Positions 12,429 through 26,394 of a stretch of DNA of 64,000 nt are shown here, piece by piece (the first letter of the stretch is position 1; each line of letters opens with the position of its first letter). A program made the translations under genes and the position numbers. The stretch spans positions 23,652,669-23,716,668 of the forward strand of contig CM119265.1 in assembly GCA_051294375.1 (NCBI GenBank). The letters are read 5' to 3'. The notes beneath the pieces are model-generated. The model made no database searches. It was given only the letters and a program-made list of their open reading frames with translations, and was not told the DNA's origin. The stretch is from Paraspadella gotoi (lineage: Eukaryota; Animalia; Chaetognatha).

Positions 12429-12500
12429 ACCGACCAGAATGGGACTCGATCCCAGGACCTTCCAGACAATAGCGCCCATCTCAATTCGGTCCGAGCCACA
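12429..12500 (-). mobile_element. tRNA-derived SINE-like head (degenerate A and B boxes)
   Basis: The minus strand reads gtggctcggaccg...gaaggtcctgggatcgagtccc. The spacing is tRNA-like but there is no intact cloverleaf. Confidence 0.35.
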
Positions 12501-13319
12501 AAAATTTGCTTTTCATCGCCGCGTGCCGTTTAGAGGTCGACGACCCGTCGGGGTCACGAGGGCGTTGGGTGACCCTTTTCCGGTTTCCGAGTCGCGGGGT
12601 GAATCAAATTGGGTCACACCTCTTTTTTTTTCGAAAGAAAAAAATGGAGGAACTAAGAAGGTAAAATGTTTCGGCTGAGAAAGACTTTTTTCTGTTGTTT
12701 TGATTTTGATATATATGTATATTTATTGCAATAAAAAGAGTTAGTTTTTTAGTAAGATTAGTCTATATCGAAAATGCTGTCAGTGTTACTTATGTTTTCT
12801 TTCTGCTCATTTTATCGTTTTAGTCAGAAAGAGGGCAAGACAGACGGGCAGCCAGACAGACTGACTGGAATACAGACGTAAGAAATGAGTGGCTGATATA
12901 AAAGATTAGAAAGATATTGACAATAAAACGAAGTCGAAAGAACTTACCAATCGAACTTACCTCATGAACGAAGGAAACTAAATGTGAGGCGCCGTAATAC
13001 TGGGCGGCGTTGATGGCGCGAAATTTGGCGCCGCAATGATGGCGCCGAAAGTGGCTGTGTGGTATAAAAAGGAATTATAAAAATGGTAAAATTCTAACTT
13101 AAAATGGAATAATAAAAATGGATAAAATGGATCTTGAAAAAAGAGCGAAGCAAATCTGATGATGAAAAAATTAAAACTGAAATCGAAAATAGTAAAGAAT
13201 GAAAATGTTAAAAAAGTAGAAAATAAACATTTTTTGGAAAAATGCGAGAAGAAAAAAAATAAAAAAAACTAAATCCTTTTTCTGTTGACGTCGTGAAAGC
13301 CGGTGTCAAGAGATTTCTG

Positions 13320-13447
<128 letters not shown>

Positions 13448-13459
13448 GGTGGCCAAGTT

Positions 13460-13515
13460 TTGTGATTGGTTGCAATTCACCGGAAGTCCAGCATCAATCG
13501 TTCGTCACGTGACTT
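13460..13515. promoter_or_regulatory. Putative cis-regulatory motif cluster (CCAAT, ETS, palindromic E-box)
   Basis: ATTGG 13465-13469, CCGGAAGT 13480-13487 and GTCACGTGAC 13504-13513 lie within 50 bp. Confidence 0.35.
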
Positions 13516-13733
13516 TTGTCAACGCCAGAAAATTAGAAGCCTTGGAGTTCGAAAAGTTTACGATTCAAAAGTAGTGGCCAGAAAAAAAATGTGAAATGTG
13601 ACAAAATGTTACAATTTATGTCGTCATTTAGATTTTTATTGTAATTCATATCGCGTACTTATTTTCATAGTAAATTTCAAAAAAATAAATCTGGAATCGT
13701 TCCAGATTTGAAAGTTTTAAAGTTAGAATCGGT

Positions 13734-13963
13734 CTTTTTTTATTAACTTAGTATTTATTTTGCAGTAGTCTTAGTACAAATAATTGCCCAGGGGGCGACC
13801 ACGCTTTATTGTTTATATGTATTTGTGACTTGTACACAATGTACAGTTTGTTCCTCATTGTATTCCTTAATTGCGTCATAAATTGTCTCGTACCTCTCGG
13901 TCTGTTCAAAGTACCTCTTTAATCCAGAGCTCAAGGCCAACTTTGTCGATGTTGACTTCCTCC
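13734..13963 (-). mobile_element. Possible 5'-truncated non-LTR retrotransposon 3' end or orphan coding fragment
   Basis: The minus frame RKSTSTKLALSSGLKRYFEQTERYETIYDAIKEYNEEQTVHCVQVTNTYKQ* is followed by a short UTR with AATAAA and an A-tail. Confidence 0.3.
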
Positions 13964-14533
13964 TTTTTTACTCGTTAAAAAAACATTCAAGGCCAATTTC
14001 CTTGTCGTTGTTGTCGTTGTTGTCGTTGTCGTCGTTGTCGTCGTTAAATACGTTTTAAAAAAAGGATTAACGGTCGATTAAAGGCGGCGACGAATTTTTT
14101 TTTTTAAAACGCGGAGTGCACAAAGAATCTGAAGATCTAATACGGAATTTCGCCGTCGACGAAGATGATCGAAGATACAGTACTGACGCGAGACGACAAT
14201 GACAACCACAATCACAACTACGACGACCAAAGCGACGACGACGATGACGAAGACGACGACGACGACGACGACGACGAACGAGCGACGACCACGGGTGAGC
14301 AACGAAGAAGACGGTGATGTCCCAGCGATCATTGAAGCAACAACGTCGAGGAAGTCCAAAGTTGGCGGCAGAAGTCGGATGAAATTTCCTTTGGTTGGAC
14401 AAGCAATGGACATTCCAATCTTCGCCTGCAACACCGCCCACTCCCGGCCGGCCGCCTGCGCCGCCGCTGGCGCCGCCCGCCTCCGCCGCCTCCGCCGGCC
14501 TCCGCCGCCGCCCTCCGCCGCCTACGGCCGCGG

Positions 14534-16222
14534 CCGCCATTTGTCTCTGACGGCTTTCGTGACGTGAATCGACGCGCGTGAAACGAATTCCGGTTTGTGA
14601 ATTCTGCGTCGGCGCCGAAATGACGCGTCACTTTCGGTTGCTTTTTTGTTGCGGGGGGAGAAGGGTGGGGGTAAGGGGGGGAGGGAGCGGGAAGAAGAAA
14701 CAAGATAGTCGTTTTCTGTTTTCCTGTTTTCTGTTTTTTTTTTGGACTAATGATTCTAAGTTATTCTTCTTCTTTCTTGTTCTCTATTTTCTTCTTCTCT
14801 TGTCTTCTTTTTTCTGATTGTATTCTTATTTCTTGTACTTTCTTTCTTCTCCTTTTCAATCTTTCTTTTTTTCTTTATCTTTCCCTTTTCTCTTCTGATT
14901 CCTTTTTCTTTCTTATCTTTCTTCTTTCTTTCTTTCACAAAATCTTTTTTACTTCTTCTCTCTTATATTTTCTTTTTTCTTTCTTTCTTTCTTTCCTTTC
15001 TTTCTCTTCGTTGTCTTTCCTGTTATCTTTCTTCTTTTTTTTATTTTAAATTCTGAAGTTTTATACATGCTAACGTCTCAATACAGTGTAAAATCAACAA
15101 AAAATTGTGGACTATCTTCAAGATTTTTCAAGATTCTTGTAACTCTGAAAAGGAATCCTTTACTGTGAAGTTTAAAGTCACGAGAATGCTGGGAAAATAA
15201 TATCATTGACGGCAGGAAATAATCCTTTACGTCGACAAAAGCGTGAGGGTAAAAAAGGGGAGAAATCTAGTAGGAAAGAGAGAGAGAAGGTGAACTGAAA
15301 CCTCGTGAACGCGGCCCGCGGAATCCCTGGGAAGGGGAATGAATGAGGGAGGTAGATGAGAGAGAAGGAGGTAAATAGACCGCGCGGATCGTGGTCATTC
15401 AGCCTGGTTAGTATACTGAAATGCTTAAATATTAAGTTTGATACCACACGTTGCTTGTAACATTTTTCTTCCCCAGAACATGAATCAAGTATTTTTGGTT
15501 TATTATTTGTTAACCTATCTCTATCATTCACCATAATTAATATTATCACCTTCTCTTATTTCCTCCTCTTCCTAATAATGTTATTTTCTCGTCCTCTCCT
15601 CTGCTCCTTCCTCCGTCCCGGCCTTTTCTTGTGCGAAAACAATCGGAAGTGAACTCATATAATAAAAAAGCAAAAGAAGAAAAAATTAAAGAGAAAGAAA
15701 GAAAGAAAGGGAAAGGGAGTTTGAAGTATCGAAGCAGGCGTTTAGACACTGATTAATGGTGGAGAGGGCGACTAGACGACGACGAACGACGACGACGGAC
15801 GACGACGACGACGACCACCACCATCGTCACGGCCATTGAGTGCGGAATTCAACGGGTTAAGGCGAGGCGGAGACGAGAGTCGTCGTGAGGAGAAGGGTGA
15901 CGTGATTACGGGAGTGGGTAACGAGGAGTGGAAGTGTGGAGAGTAAAGGTGTGGGTTAAGAGATAAGCGATANNNNNNNNNNNNNNNNNNNNNNNNNCCG
16001 CCATTTGTCTCGACGCTTTCGTGACGTGAATCGACGCCGCGTGAAACGAATTCCGGTTGTGAATTCTCGTCGGCGCCGAAAATGACGCGTCACTTTCGGT
16101 TGCTTTTTTTTTGGGGGGGAGAAGGGTGGGGGTAAGGGGGGGGAGGGAGGGAAGAAGAAACAAGATAGTCGTTTTCTGTTTCTGTTTTCTGTTTTTTTTT
16201 GGACTAAGGAATTCTAAGTTAT

Positions 16223-16258
<36 letters not shown>

Positions 16259-16426
16259 GAATCTTTCTCTTTCTTGTCTTTCTTTCTTTCGCTTATTCAA
16301 TCTTTTTTTTTTCTTTATCTTTCTTTTCCTTCTTTCTTTTTTTCTTTCTTTCTTTCTTTCTTTCTTGTCACAAAATCTTTTTTCTTCTTCTCTCTTATTT
16401 TTCTTTTCTTTTTCTTTCTTTCTTTC

Positions 16427-16457
<31 letters not shown>

Positions 16458-17117
16458 TTTCTTTATTTCTAAATTTGAATTTTATCTAACTGTCAAATAC
16501 ACGGTAAATCACAAAAATGTGGCTCTTCAGATTTTTCAAGATTTTGTAACTCTGAAAAGGAATCCTTACTGGAAGTAAAGTCACGAGAATGTGGGAAAAT
16601 AATATATTGACGGCAGGAAAATCTTTACGTCGACAAAATCGTGAGGGTAAAAAAGGGGAGAAACTAGTAGGAGAAGAGAGAGAGAAGGTGAACTGAACCT
16701 CGTGAACGCGGCCCCGAATCCCTGGGAGGAGGATGAAGAGGAGGTGAATGAGGAGAGGGGTAATAGACCCGCGTGTGTCATTCACCTTTTATACTAAATT
16801 GCTTAATATTAAGTTTGTTTACCCGTTGCTTGTACTTTTTTCTTCCCCAGAACATAATCAATATTTTTTGGTTTATTATTTTAACCTTCTCTTATTCCCA
16901 TAATTAATATTTCACCTTCTCTTTTTCCTCCTCTTTCCTATTTTCTTTTCTCGTCCTCCTCCTCCTCCTCCTCCTCCGCCTTTCTTGTGCGAAAACAATC
17001 GAAGGAACTCATTAATTAAAAAAGAAAAGAAAAAAAAATTAAAAGAAAGAAAGAAAAGAAAGGAAAGGGAGTGAATCGAAGCCGCGTTAACCTGATTATG
17101 GTGGAGAGGGCGACTAA

Positions 17118-17153
<36 letters not shown>

Positions 17154-17292
17154 CACCACCATCGTCGGCCTTGGGTCGGAGATTCACGGGTAAGGCGAGG
17201 CGAGACGAGGTCGTCGTGGGTAGGGCGTGGTTACGGGGTGTGGGTAACGAGAGTGGAGTGTGGGGAATAAGGTGTGGGTTAAAGATAAGATA
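14534..17292 (+). repeat. Tandem duplication of ~1.3-1.45 kb (14534-15972 and 15998-17292) separated by an N gap
   Basis: Both copies run from ccgccatttgtctc to gtgtgggttaa.agataag. The first copy carries many extra inserted bases. Confidence 0.92.
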
Positions 17293-19466
17293 GGGCGGCT
17301 GTGTGGGTCGTAGAAGAGCCTAAAACGAAAGTGCGAAACCGTGAGGAGAAAAAGGAAAGTTTTTCATCTAATAAGATGGCGACCCGAGAAGGAAAAGAAG
17401 GCGAATGATAAAGATGAAGTGATAGTTAAGTCTTTCTTAAAACAAAGAGAGTAGCATGGTATGGCATGGCATGGTAGGGACGAGTTAGATTAGGTTTTTG
17501 AAAATATGAGAAGATCTGAGAATGGACTACGGACTTTTTATCTGAGATTTGTTGTGATAGAGCAGAAGAGAGGAAATGAGGAGAGAGTAAGTTTAAAGCC
17601 GAAGATTACGAATTGTTGTGTTTTATTTGGTTGGTGACGATTGGTTCTTGACAAAGTGAGTGGTTCGTACTAATGGAAGTTGCTATTTTAATAAATCGTT
17701 TTTTTTAATCGGGAGTGTTGTTCTACGATGTATATTCTAGTGACGGTGAGTCGCGACGATAAAAGGAATTTAACTTCGTTCAACTTTGTCGCGATTTAAA
17801 AAAAAAAAAAAAATTTTGAAGACAAAAATAAAGTTAAAAAAGTGAAGAGGAAAACATTGGATGTGAAATTAATGAAAAAGAGATTTAAAAAAGTGAGTTG
17901 ATGAGAAAGTTGATTAAGAAAGAAATCGTTACGCTCTAATGCTTTCCAGAGTATTTTAACAATGTGATTACTTATAATCTTATTTAACTAATGCAAATTG
18001 CACAAGTTGGAGTTGAAAGCTACTCGTACGAAAGTGTGAGAATGAGCTTCTCATTTGAATCTCGATTGATTAGGACTTTGAAATTCTTTTTTTTTTTTTG
18101 TGTCCTTACTTTTTGTCTCAGTCGTCGTCTCCGTTATAGTCGTCGTCGTCGTCGTCGTCTTTTTCGTCGTCATAGTTGTCGTCGTCGTCGTCGCCGCCTG
18201 ATATGATTCGATCCGTGAATAATTTAGTTTGTGATCTTACGTGAAGATCCATTTGTTTGGTAGAACGCGTTAGTTGACGGTGAAATATTGTGATTCTGTG
18301 GGAGAGAGAGAGAGAGAGAGTGGGGGGAGAAGAGAGAGAGAAAGAGAAGAGAGAGATAAAAAGAAAGAGGAGAGAGAGAGAGAGAGAGANNNNNNNNNNN
18401 NNNNNNNNNNNNNNAAAGAAAAGAAAAGAAAAGAAAAGGTAAAAAGGGGGAACGATAAATAATGGAGGGAAATCGGAATTTATTATCGGATCCGAGATGA
18501 TCAAGTATTTACAGCATTCAGAAGATCCCGAATCTTGAGACTCTCTCTCTCTCTCCTCTTCTCTCTCTCTCTCTCCTCTCCTCTCTCTCTCTCTCTCTNN
18601 NNNNNNNNNNNNNNNNNNNNNNNNNNNNNNNNNNNNNNNNNNNNNNNNNNNNNNNNNNNNNNNNNNNNNNNNNNNNNNNNNNNNCTCTCTCTCTCTCTCT
18701 CTCTCCATTAAATAGTCTCTAATTAAGTTTTCACTTTCCATGTCAACGTGAACCATCGTATTTTCCAATGCCATTACCGATGGGCGCGGCCATTGCGCCT
18801 CCAACGTAATTCCAATGAAAATAGACGCCGCATTTGACGACGGGAATAGAAAACTTAAATGGCGGAATGAAAGTTCATGAATTATTGATGGGCGCGGTTG
18901 CCATGGCGACTCTACGAATGCGAAGGTTTGAAATTGTTTATCGTTGTCAACGTGGCCAATCCGCTTATCAACAACACTAATTTTCTTAAATAGACCAGCG
19001 AATAAGTTTAAAACAATTTTTATTAATCTATATAGACTATACATTTTAAATTGACTGCCTGAACAGTTGGTCGGTCGTTCGATTCGTAGAAATCTTGTCT
19101 CTCTCTTTCTTATTCAATAATAAAAAAAGGAAAAAAGTGAAAAAAAAGTCCGTTTAGCTTCATTCGAAAAATATTTACGTAATTAAAAAGTCAATACATT
19201 CGAAATTATGAATTGAAATGAATAATTTTAATGAAAGTTGAAAATAAAAGGATCTGAAATAAATAATGACGACGACGACGACGACGACGACTTTGATGAT
19301 CACGACGACGACGTAGCCTTCGACAAAATCGTCGTCATTTAAAAAACATCAAGGTCTCACGACATTTGGTTTTCCTCCCTTCCTCTCTTCTTCCCTTCAG
19401 CGACACAGAGAAAATTTACTCTCCTTCGATTCTACAGAAATTAGGGAAAAGTAGACCCAAAAGTAA

Positions 19467-19529
<63 letters not shown>

Positions 19530-19944
19530 TATTTCTCTCCGCTCTCATCTTTCGTGCCCTTTTCGAATCTCCCCCACGCCCCCACGCCCCCCCTCACCCA
19601 CCCTTAATCCAACCCTCAGTTCCCCTTCTTACCTCGCCCCCCCTTGGCCCCCCCACTCCGCCTCGAGTCCAATTAAAACTGGAATTAAAAAAAAATCGGA
19701 ACTCGATTCTCATTAACGAATTTGCGAAAGACCTCAAGCGCGACACTAGAAGCGCGACCGTGACAACCGTGCAGCGTGACAACCGTGGCAGGCGTGAAAC
19801 CCTTTGACGCCCGTGACGGTTCTCGAAAACTGAGGGGATAACTTCGATGACTTTGACAAAGTCGTATCTTAAAAAGTATTAGACCGTCATCGAAAAAGAA
19901 TATCAAATGGCAAATTATTTTTAATATTTATAAATTACCATAGC

Positions 19945-19998
19945 AGAATTTATTTATTTAATTTGTTAATTATTATTTATTTATTTATTTATTTATAT

Positions 19999-20033
<35 letters not shown>

Positions 20034-20087
20034 TTATTTCATTATTTAATTTATTTCTTTATTCTTATCTATTTATTTATTTTATTT

Positions 20088-20119
<32 letters not shown>

Positions 20120-20172
20120 TTCATTTATTCATTTATCAATTTATCAATTTATCAATTTATTTATTTATTTGT
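19945..20172. repeat. (ATTT)n AT-rich microsatellite
   Basis: Imperfect tetranucleotide tract. Confidence 0.9.
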
Positions 20173-21709
20173 CAATTTATATTTCACTGACTCGATCGAC
20201 AGATACGGCGTGGGGTGAACCTGACGAAAAAATTCCATTCCAACTCCTGCGGTTTTGAGACGAGTTGTTTCGGACCACCCGGTAAGAAAGAGAGTCAACG
20301 ACCCGCGAGAAACTAGGGCTCTCTCTCTCTCTTCATCTCTCTCTCTATCCGCCCCCCTGGGGGTAAGTCCCATTTAATTCCTTGGCGAGGTCGGAGGAGA
20401 TTCTACCGAGAGAGAGAGAGACAGAAAGAGAGAGAGAGACGGAATGCCTGCAGCTTTGGAGATTGTCAATGCCATCAAGTCATCTTAAGGGCTGATAATG
20501 CAATCATGATTTTTAAGAAACTCGAACTACAAATGTACCGCTTTGTATTAAATTATAAATAAAAAGGTTCTTTAACTTATTTTTGTCTCTTCAATGCTTA
20601 TGATGCTTATTAATTTATCAAGCGTTTTGATTGAAAACAAACCTTTTATATTTACTTGACTATTTAAAATAAGAATGGAGACTAAAACACTTAATTTGTG
20701 GTACATTGAGGGGAACGTTAGCAAATCGAAATTCGTTTTTCGTCGTCGTCGTCATCATCTTCGTTGCCGCGGTCTTCGTCGTCCTCGTCTTCATCGTCGT
20801 CGTCGTCTTCTTTTAACTCTAATTCACGTCCTTTTTATCATTTTGGAATTGCACCGCTCAGGGATTAGACATAAACGCATCCCGTCAGGCCAGAATGAAT
20901 GCTAACGAATTATGGCCTCTTATTTTTTTTCGCCTCGTCCTCCTATTTTTTTCCTCTACCTCCTTTTTTCCTTCTTTCCTTTTATCACCCTTGCTTCCTT
21001 TCCCCTTTATCTTCTTACCATTTCCTCCTCTCACATACCAAACCTCTTCCCTCTCTTTTCTATCCAAAGTCTATCCTCCCCCACTGATCCTATTTCTTTT
21101 CTTTTCGTCCTTTCATAATTCCTTCCTTTTTCTATCTTCTTCTCCTTCTCCCCTCTTTCCTCTTCTCGTTAACCTCCCCTCAATTCCACTTTCCCTTGTC
21201 CCCCCTTGCCCCCTCACTTCTCTCCCCCGAGGAACAATAAAGTGCGCGAAAACAAATTACCGTTGGCTAGATATTCGCAAGAAGGAGATTTTTTGAACGA
21301 GGTTACAGACGGCGTTTAGCGATGGGGAAGCAGAGGCTTGGGAGGAGTCGGATACAGATAGAGGAGTGAGCTAAGTTCATTAACAGAGAGGGAGAGACAT
21401 ACGGCTTGATTAAGAACGAAGATAAAGAGCGAAAGACCATTTTGTATTTCTTAAAAAGACACTGAAAAGATAAAAAATAAACAGTGAAGTGTTTTTTTTT
21501 TTCGGTCTGTTTTTTCGGTCATAGTGATTTTATGATAATTTCCTCATAAAATTGAGAGAGAAATCGTGACATTTTAAAACTTTTGAAAAAAAAAAAAGAG
21601 TTCGCTCGAAGTGTGAATCAATCTTAACTCGAAGTCGAAAAAGGACTTAAAAATTGTAGCGGTCAGCAGAATTGTTGCCGTTCGCTTCAGCAGTTATTCC
21701 AGTTAAAAT

Positions 21710-21769
<60 letters not shown>

Positions 21770-22742
21770 TGTTTAACATATTTTTGTCTTTCGCTTTTCA
21801 AAATACAGATTATAACATTTTTCTTTTTTTCTCTATCTAACTTTCGTTGTTCTCATCTTCTCTCCTTTCTTTCTTCTTCCTCCCCTTCCTCCTCCGCCAG
21901 TTCTTCCTACCTTTCCTCCTCATCTTCCCTTTGAACCATATTCTTCGTCTTTCCTCTCTTCTCTCTCTTTCTCCCTCTTAAATTTCTTATTTTAGTTTCG
22001 CCGCGCGTAGTCACTTTTTGATCGGTCTGTCGGTCCGTCGGTATGTCTGTTTGTCGGTCTGTCGGTCTGTCTGTTAAAAATGCATATAATTCACCTACAG
22101 TTGATTGCTCATTTGTTAAGGCAGGAAAAAACCTCAAATCTAAGTGACTGCTACCTCCGCATTCAAGAAATCCTAAAACGTTAAAGAATAAATAAATAAA
22201 TAAATAATTACATAAATAAAGTCTAATATCTTGCAATTTTTCATAATTGCACGTGAAAAGAAAGTCACTGCGGCGCAACGCATTTGAAATACCGTTCTTG
22301 TTTCTTCTTCCTTTTCTTTTTCTGCTCCTCTTCGTCATCTTCATCCTCTTCCCCTTCCTCCTCCTCTTCTTCCTCATCCTCTTCCTCTTCCTCCTACTAC
22401 CACTTCCTCCTCCTCCTCTTCCTTCTACCACTTCCTCTCTGTTTTGACGGATTTTTTTTTTATTTTAAGAAGGAAAAAAATGAGAAGAATCGAGATAAAT
22501 GATTTGAAACGGAGCTCGTTTTTTGGGGAGGGTGGTAGTTGAGGGGGAGTGGGCGAGGGGGTGGTTTATATGGGTGGTCGTTGCGGCGAAGGAGGAAAAG
22601 GGGATGGAGGTGGTTTTTTGTTTGGATGATTGGGGTCTGAGGAATGTGAAAAATGCCAAGCTCGAGGCTCGAGGCTCGGTACAGACCGGACGTCGGTTTC
22701 ATAATTGGAATTATGGCTAAGGCGAGATTGGGAATAATGAAG

Positions 22743-22848
22743 ACTGGAAAACTGGAAAACTGGAAAACTGGAAAACTGGAAAACTGAAAAACTGGAAAAC
22801 TGGAAAACTGGAAAACTGGAAAACTAGAAAACTAGAAAACTGGAAAAC
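22743..22848. repeat. 8-bp tandem repeat (actggaaa)n
   Basis: About 13 units, with variants actgaaaa and actagaaa. Confidence 0.95.
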
Positions 22849-23909
22849 TTGAGAAGGAGAGAGAAGAGGGAACCGTAGTCACTAGGAATTTGCTTACGGA
22901 TTGGAGGAATTGTGAAATGAGTCACAGGTGAAGTTGAGTGCCTTCAGATTGCGTATTACGAAGTTCTCTACTGGAAAGAGAAAAATAGCAGAGGGATGTG
23001 TGTATGAAAATTGCAAAATTACTTGTTTCACTATTTCATTTTTAAATTAATTTAATATTTTTGATTTTATTTATTATTTATATTTATTTTTTTTCATATT
23101 TTATTTTTATTTTTCTTATGCTTATTTTTTTATTATTAAATCTAATAATTCAGGTGTTATTTATATTAAGACTAAAGAGAACCCCCCCCAAAATAGTAAC
23201 TATTTTTCTGTCATCGGTTCGTGAAAAAACTTGGGAACTTATGTGGTTTTTGAAAAAGAAAAGAATGGAGCTTAAGAACCTCAGGAATAAAGAACATTTA
23301 AAACCGCTAAAAGAGGAATGAAAAATAATGGATAGTCCTTAGACTGATTCCCCATGGGCCAAAAGCGAAGAAAGGAAAAGTCTAAGTGAGGCCCAAACTC
23401 CAAAAATATAATAATTTTACGATAAATTTAAATTGTTAAGTCTTAAGAATGCAAAAATTTTGAAAATCTTACATATTGTTGTTTCATTATTTATTCAACA
23501 CGCTAAAATATATATATGGGCTAAGTTTTGTATATATAAAATATGCAAAATTTTCAAATTGTTAGAAAATGGGTAATATTTTTAAAATACATAAATGCAC
23601 AAAAGGTTCAGATTTTTTTAAATGCGCGATATGCGCAAATTGCGGAAAATGAAAAAAAATAAACTAAACGATCTTAAAAAAAGGTTGTTTTCATTCTCAT
23701 AAATTCCCCCTAATTTTTGGCAAAAAAAAGGGGAAATTGAAATAAAATAAATGAAAAAAAGGAAAATAAAAAAAAAAAAACGAAAATAAAGAAAGAGAAA
23801 TAAAAAAGAGAGTATACGAGAGCCAGAGATAGGTGGGTTGAGGAAATTTTGTCCTTGAAAGGGCGGCAAGACACAGAATGTGGGTGGAACAAGACGGAGA
23901 GAGAGAGAG

Positions 23910-23986
<77 letters not shown>

Positions 23987-24113
23987 ACCTTGACCTCGGG
24001 TTGAGCGGAAACGTCATCCGACGCTCATTCTCATCTTCGCCTTCTTTTGTTGAGACCAAGTCCGATTTTGTTTGTATCAGATTTCCGTCCGATTAAAGTG
24101 CCCTCTCTCTCTC

Positions 24114-24149
<36 letters not shown>

Positions 24150-24756
24150 CTCTCTCTCTATCTCTCTCCTCCTCTCTCTCTTCTCTCTCCTCCCCTGCCT
24201 TTTTATATTGCACATATAATTTCTTCGATGAAATTCACCTCATTCCCTTTTTTTTTCTCTGTTTCTTTGTTGTTTTCTTCCAGTTACAAGAAATCATTAG
24301 TCTTTTGTCAGGATTCGCTAAACACGCGAGCGGAGACCTCTGGTGGAAAATATATTTGCGCCATCGAGCCAGAAAAAAAAGGAAAAAGAAAAAAAAAGAG
24401 GAGACAGATAAAGATTGTGACGATGGTCTTTGTCGGTTATAAGTGGGGGGGGGGCAAAGGGGTGGTTTTTGGGATAGCTTCATAATGATACATAGAAAAA
24501 TGAAGAATTTGGAAAAAGAGAAAAATGGGTTAAATCTTATTACTTTTTAAAGATGTATTGAATAGTTAATACAATCATGACACAAATTTAACTTTAAAAC
24601 AATTATATAATTTTTTTATTTATCCTCATAAAAAATGTGAAAAAATTATCTAGCATCGGTTCCGAACCCGCGACGTTTCGTCCACTTTCCCTACTTTCAA
24701 GAAAAATACGAAGGCCCGAGAAGCGGAAGAAAGGATGAAAGGGTCGAATAAACAGT

Positions 24757-24793
<37 letters not shown>

Positions 24794-26356
24794 GACATGA
24801 CATGACATGACTGTTTTATTTCGTATTGTCTGATTATGGTTAAAGTTATGAAATTTCCGGTTGGGCAAAAGAAAAGAGAAGAAAAGTAGAGAAAGAAAAG
24901 TTAAGAAAATAAAAGCTCTGCTTCCTGGTTGCTTTATTTGCTTCTTTATTCCAGCTTCAACGTTTTATCTCGTTTTTCTTCATTTCTTTTCTTCCTTCCT
25001 CTTTTTTCTTTCCTTTCCTTTTTTTTTCTTTTTCGTTCCTTCCTTTTTAACTTTTATTTTATCTCACATCATTTTACGTCAATTTATGTCTCTTTAAGTC
25101 ATTTCATTAACTTGTCCTTTCTGATTTTCATCTTTTTTAATCTAAAAAGAAAAAGAAAAGGATCTTTTCATTCTTCTCCCTATTTTCTCCTTTCGCCTTT
25201 CACCTTCCTTCTTTCTTCTTTTCTTTTTTTTTTTTCCTTTCTGACTGCGCACCTTAATTTCCCCTTTGCTACTTCCGCCACCTCTGCCCTCCGCCGCCGA
25301 CTCACTTCCGCCCCTGCCGCCGCCCCCTCTGCCGCCCCTGCCGCCGCCGCCGCCTCCGGGCTTTAATTGGACGGACCAGAGGCGATCGCAAGGGGAAAAT
25401 AATTCAGTTGTTGAGTCCCTTAGTTGTCGCCGCGAGAGTTCGAGAGAGGACATGGCGGTCATTGGATCTTTCCCTTCTGCCGCTGATGCATCTCACTTTG
25501 TCCTTTCCTCTTTGTCGACTCCTCGTCTCGTTCCCAGCATCGTTACAACAGTACATAGGACAAAGCCAAAACTCGCCCTCGCGTGCGCCTGTGAATGTTT
25601 GAATCGCTTGTCACCAATACTATATACAATACGTCCGCGTAATGTTCACGTTTTCACGATCGCATTCACAACCAATCATCAGTCATCTCCCTTACCAATC
25701 ATCAATCACCGCCACAATCAACTCGACTCACGCCGTCACTTCGGCCTCCATCCTCGATCCCTCACTCGTTCCCCTTCATTCACGCCCGGAGGGCAATCCC
25801 CACTTTCTTTTCTTTCTTTTTTTCCTTTTTCCTTCTTTCCTTTTCCATTTCCTTTTCTTTTCCTTTCATTCCTTTCCTTTTCCGTTCATTACTTTCCTCT
25901 CCTTTCCTTTCCGTTTCCTTTTCTGTTCCTTCCTTTACTTTCCTTTCCTTCCTTTGCTTCCCTTTCGTCTTTTTTACTTTCTCTTCTTCTTTTTTATTCC
26001 TTTTATTCTTTTTTATGATTTTTCTCCTAATCTTTCTTTTTCTTTTCTTTTTAATCTTCTTTGCTTTCCCTTTCTTTCTCCTATTTCTTCTTTTATTTAA
26101 TCTAATTCCTTTTTCTCTCTCTTTCATCAATTTTCCACTTTCCTCCGCCGTCTATCATCCTTTTCTTCTAACCTCCCGATCACTACCCTTCTCCCTCTTC
26201 TCCCTCCCCTTCTTATCTCTGCCCTTCTTCCTCTTCTCTCACCCTCTTCTCCCTCCCCCTGCCTCTTCCTCTCCTTTCCCCCTGCCTCTTCCTCTCCTTC
26301 TATCCCTCGACTCTTGATTCCAACGAATCGGAATCCTTGGTCGGGTCTCTTCCGCA

Positions 26357-26394
<38 letters not shown>

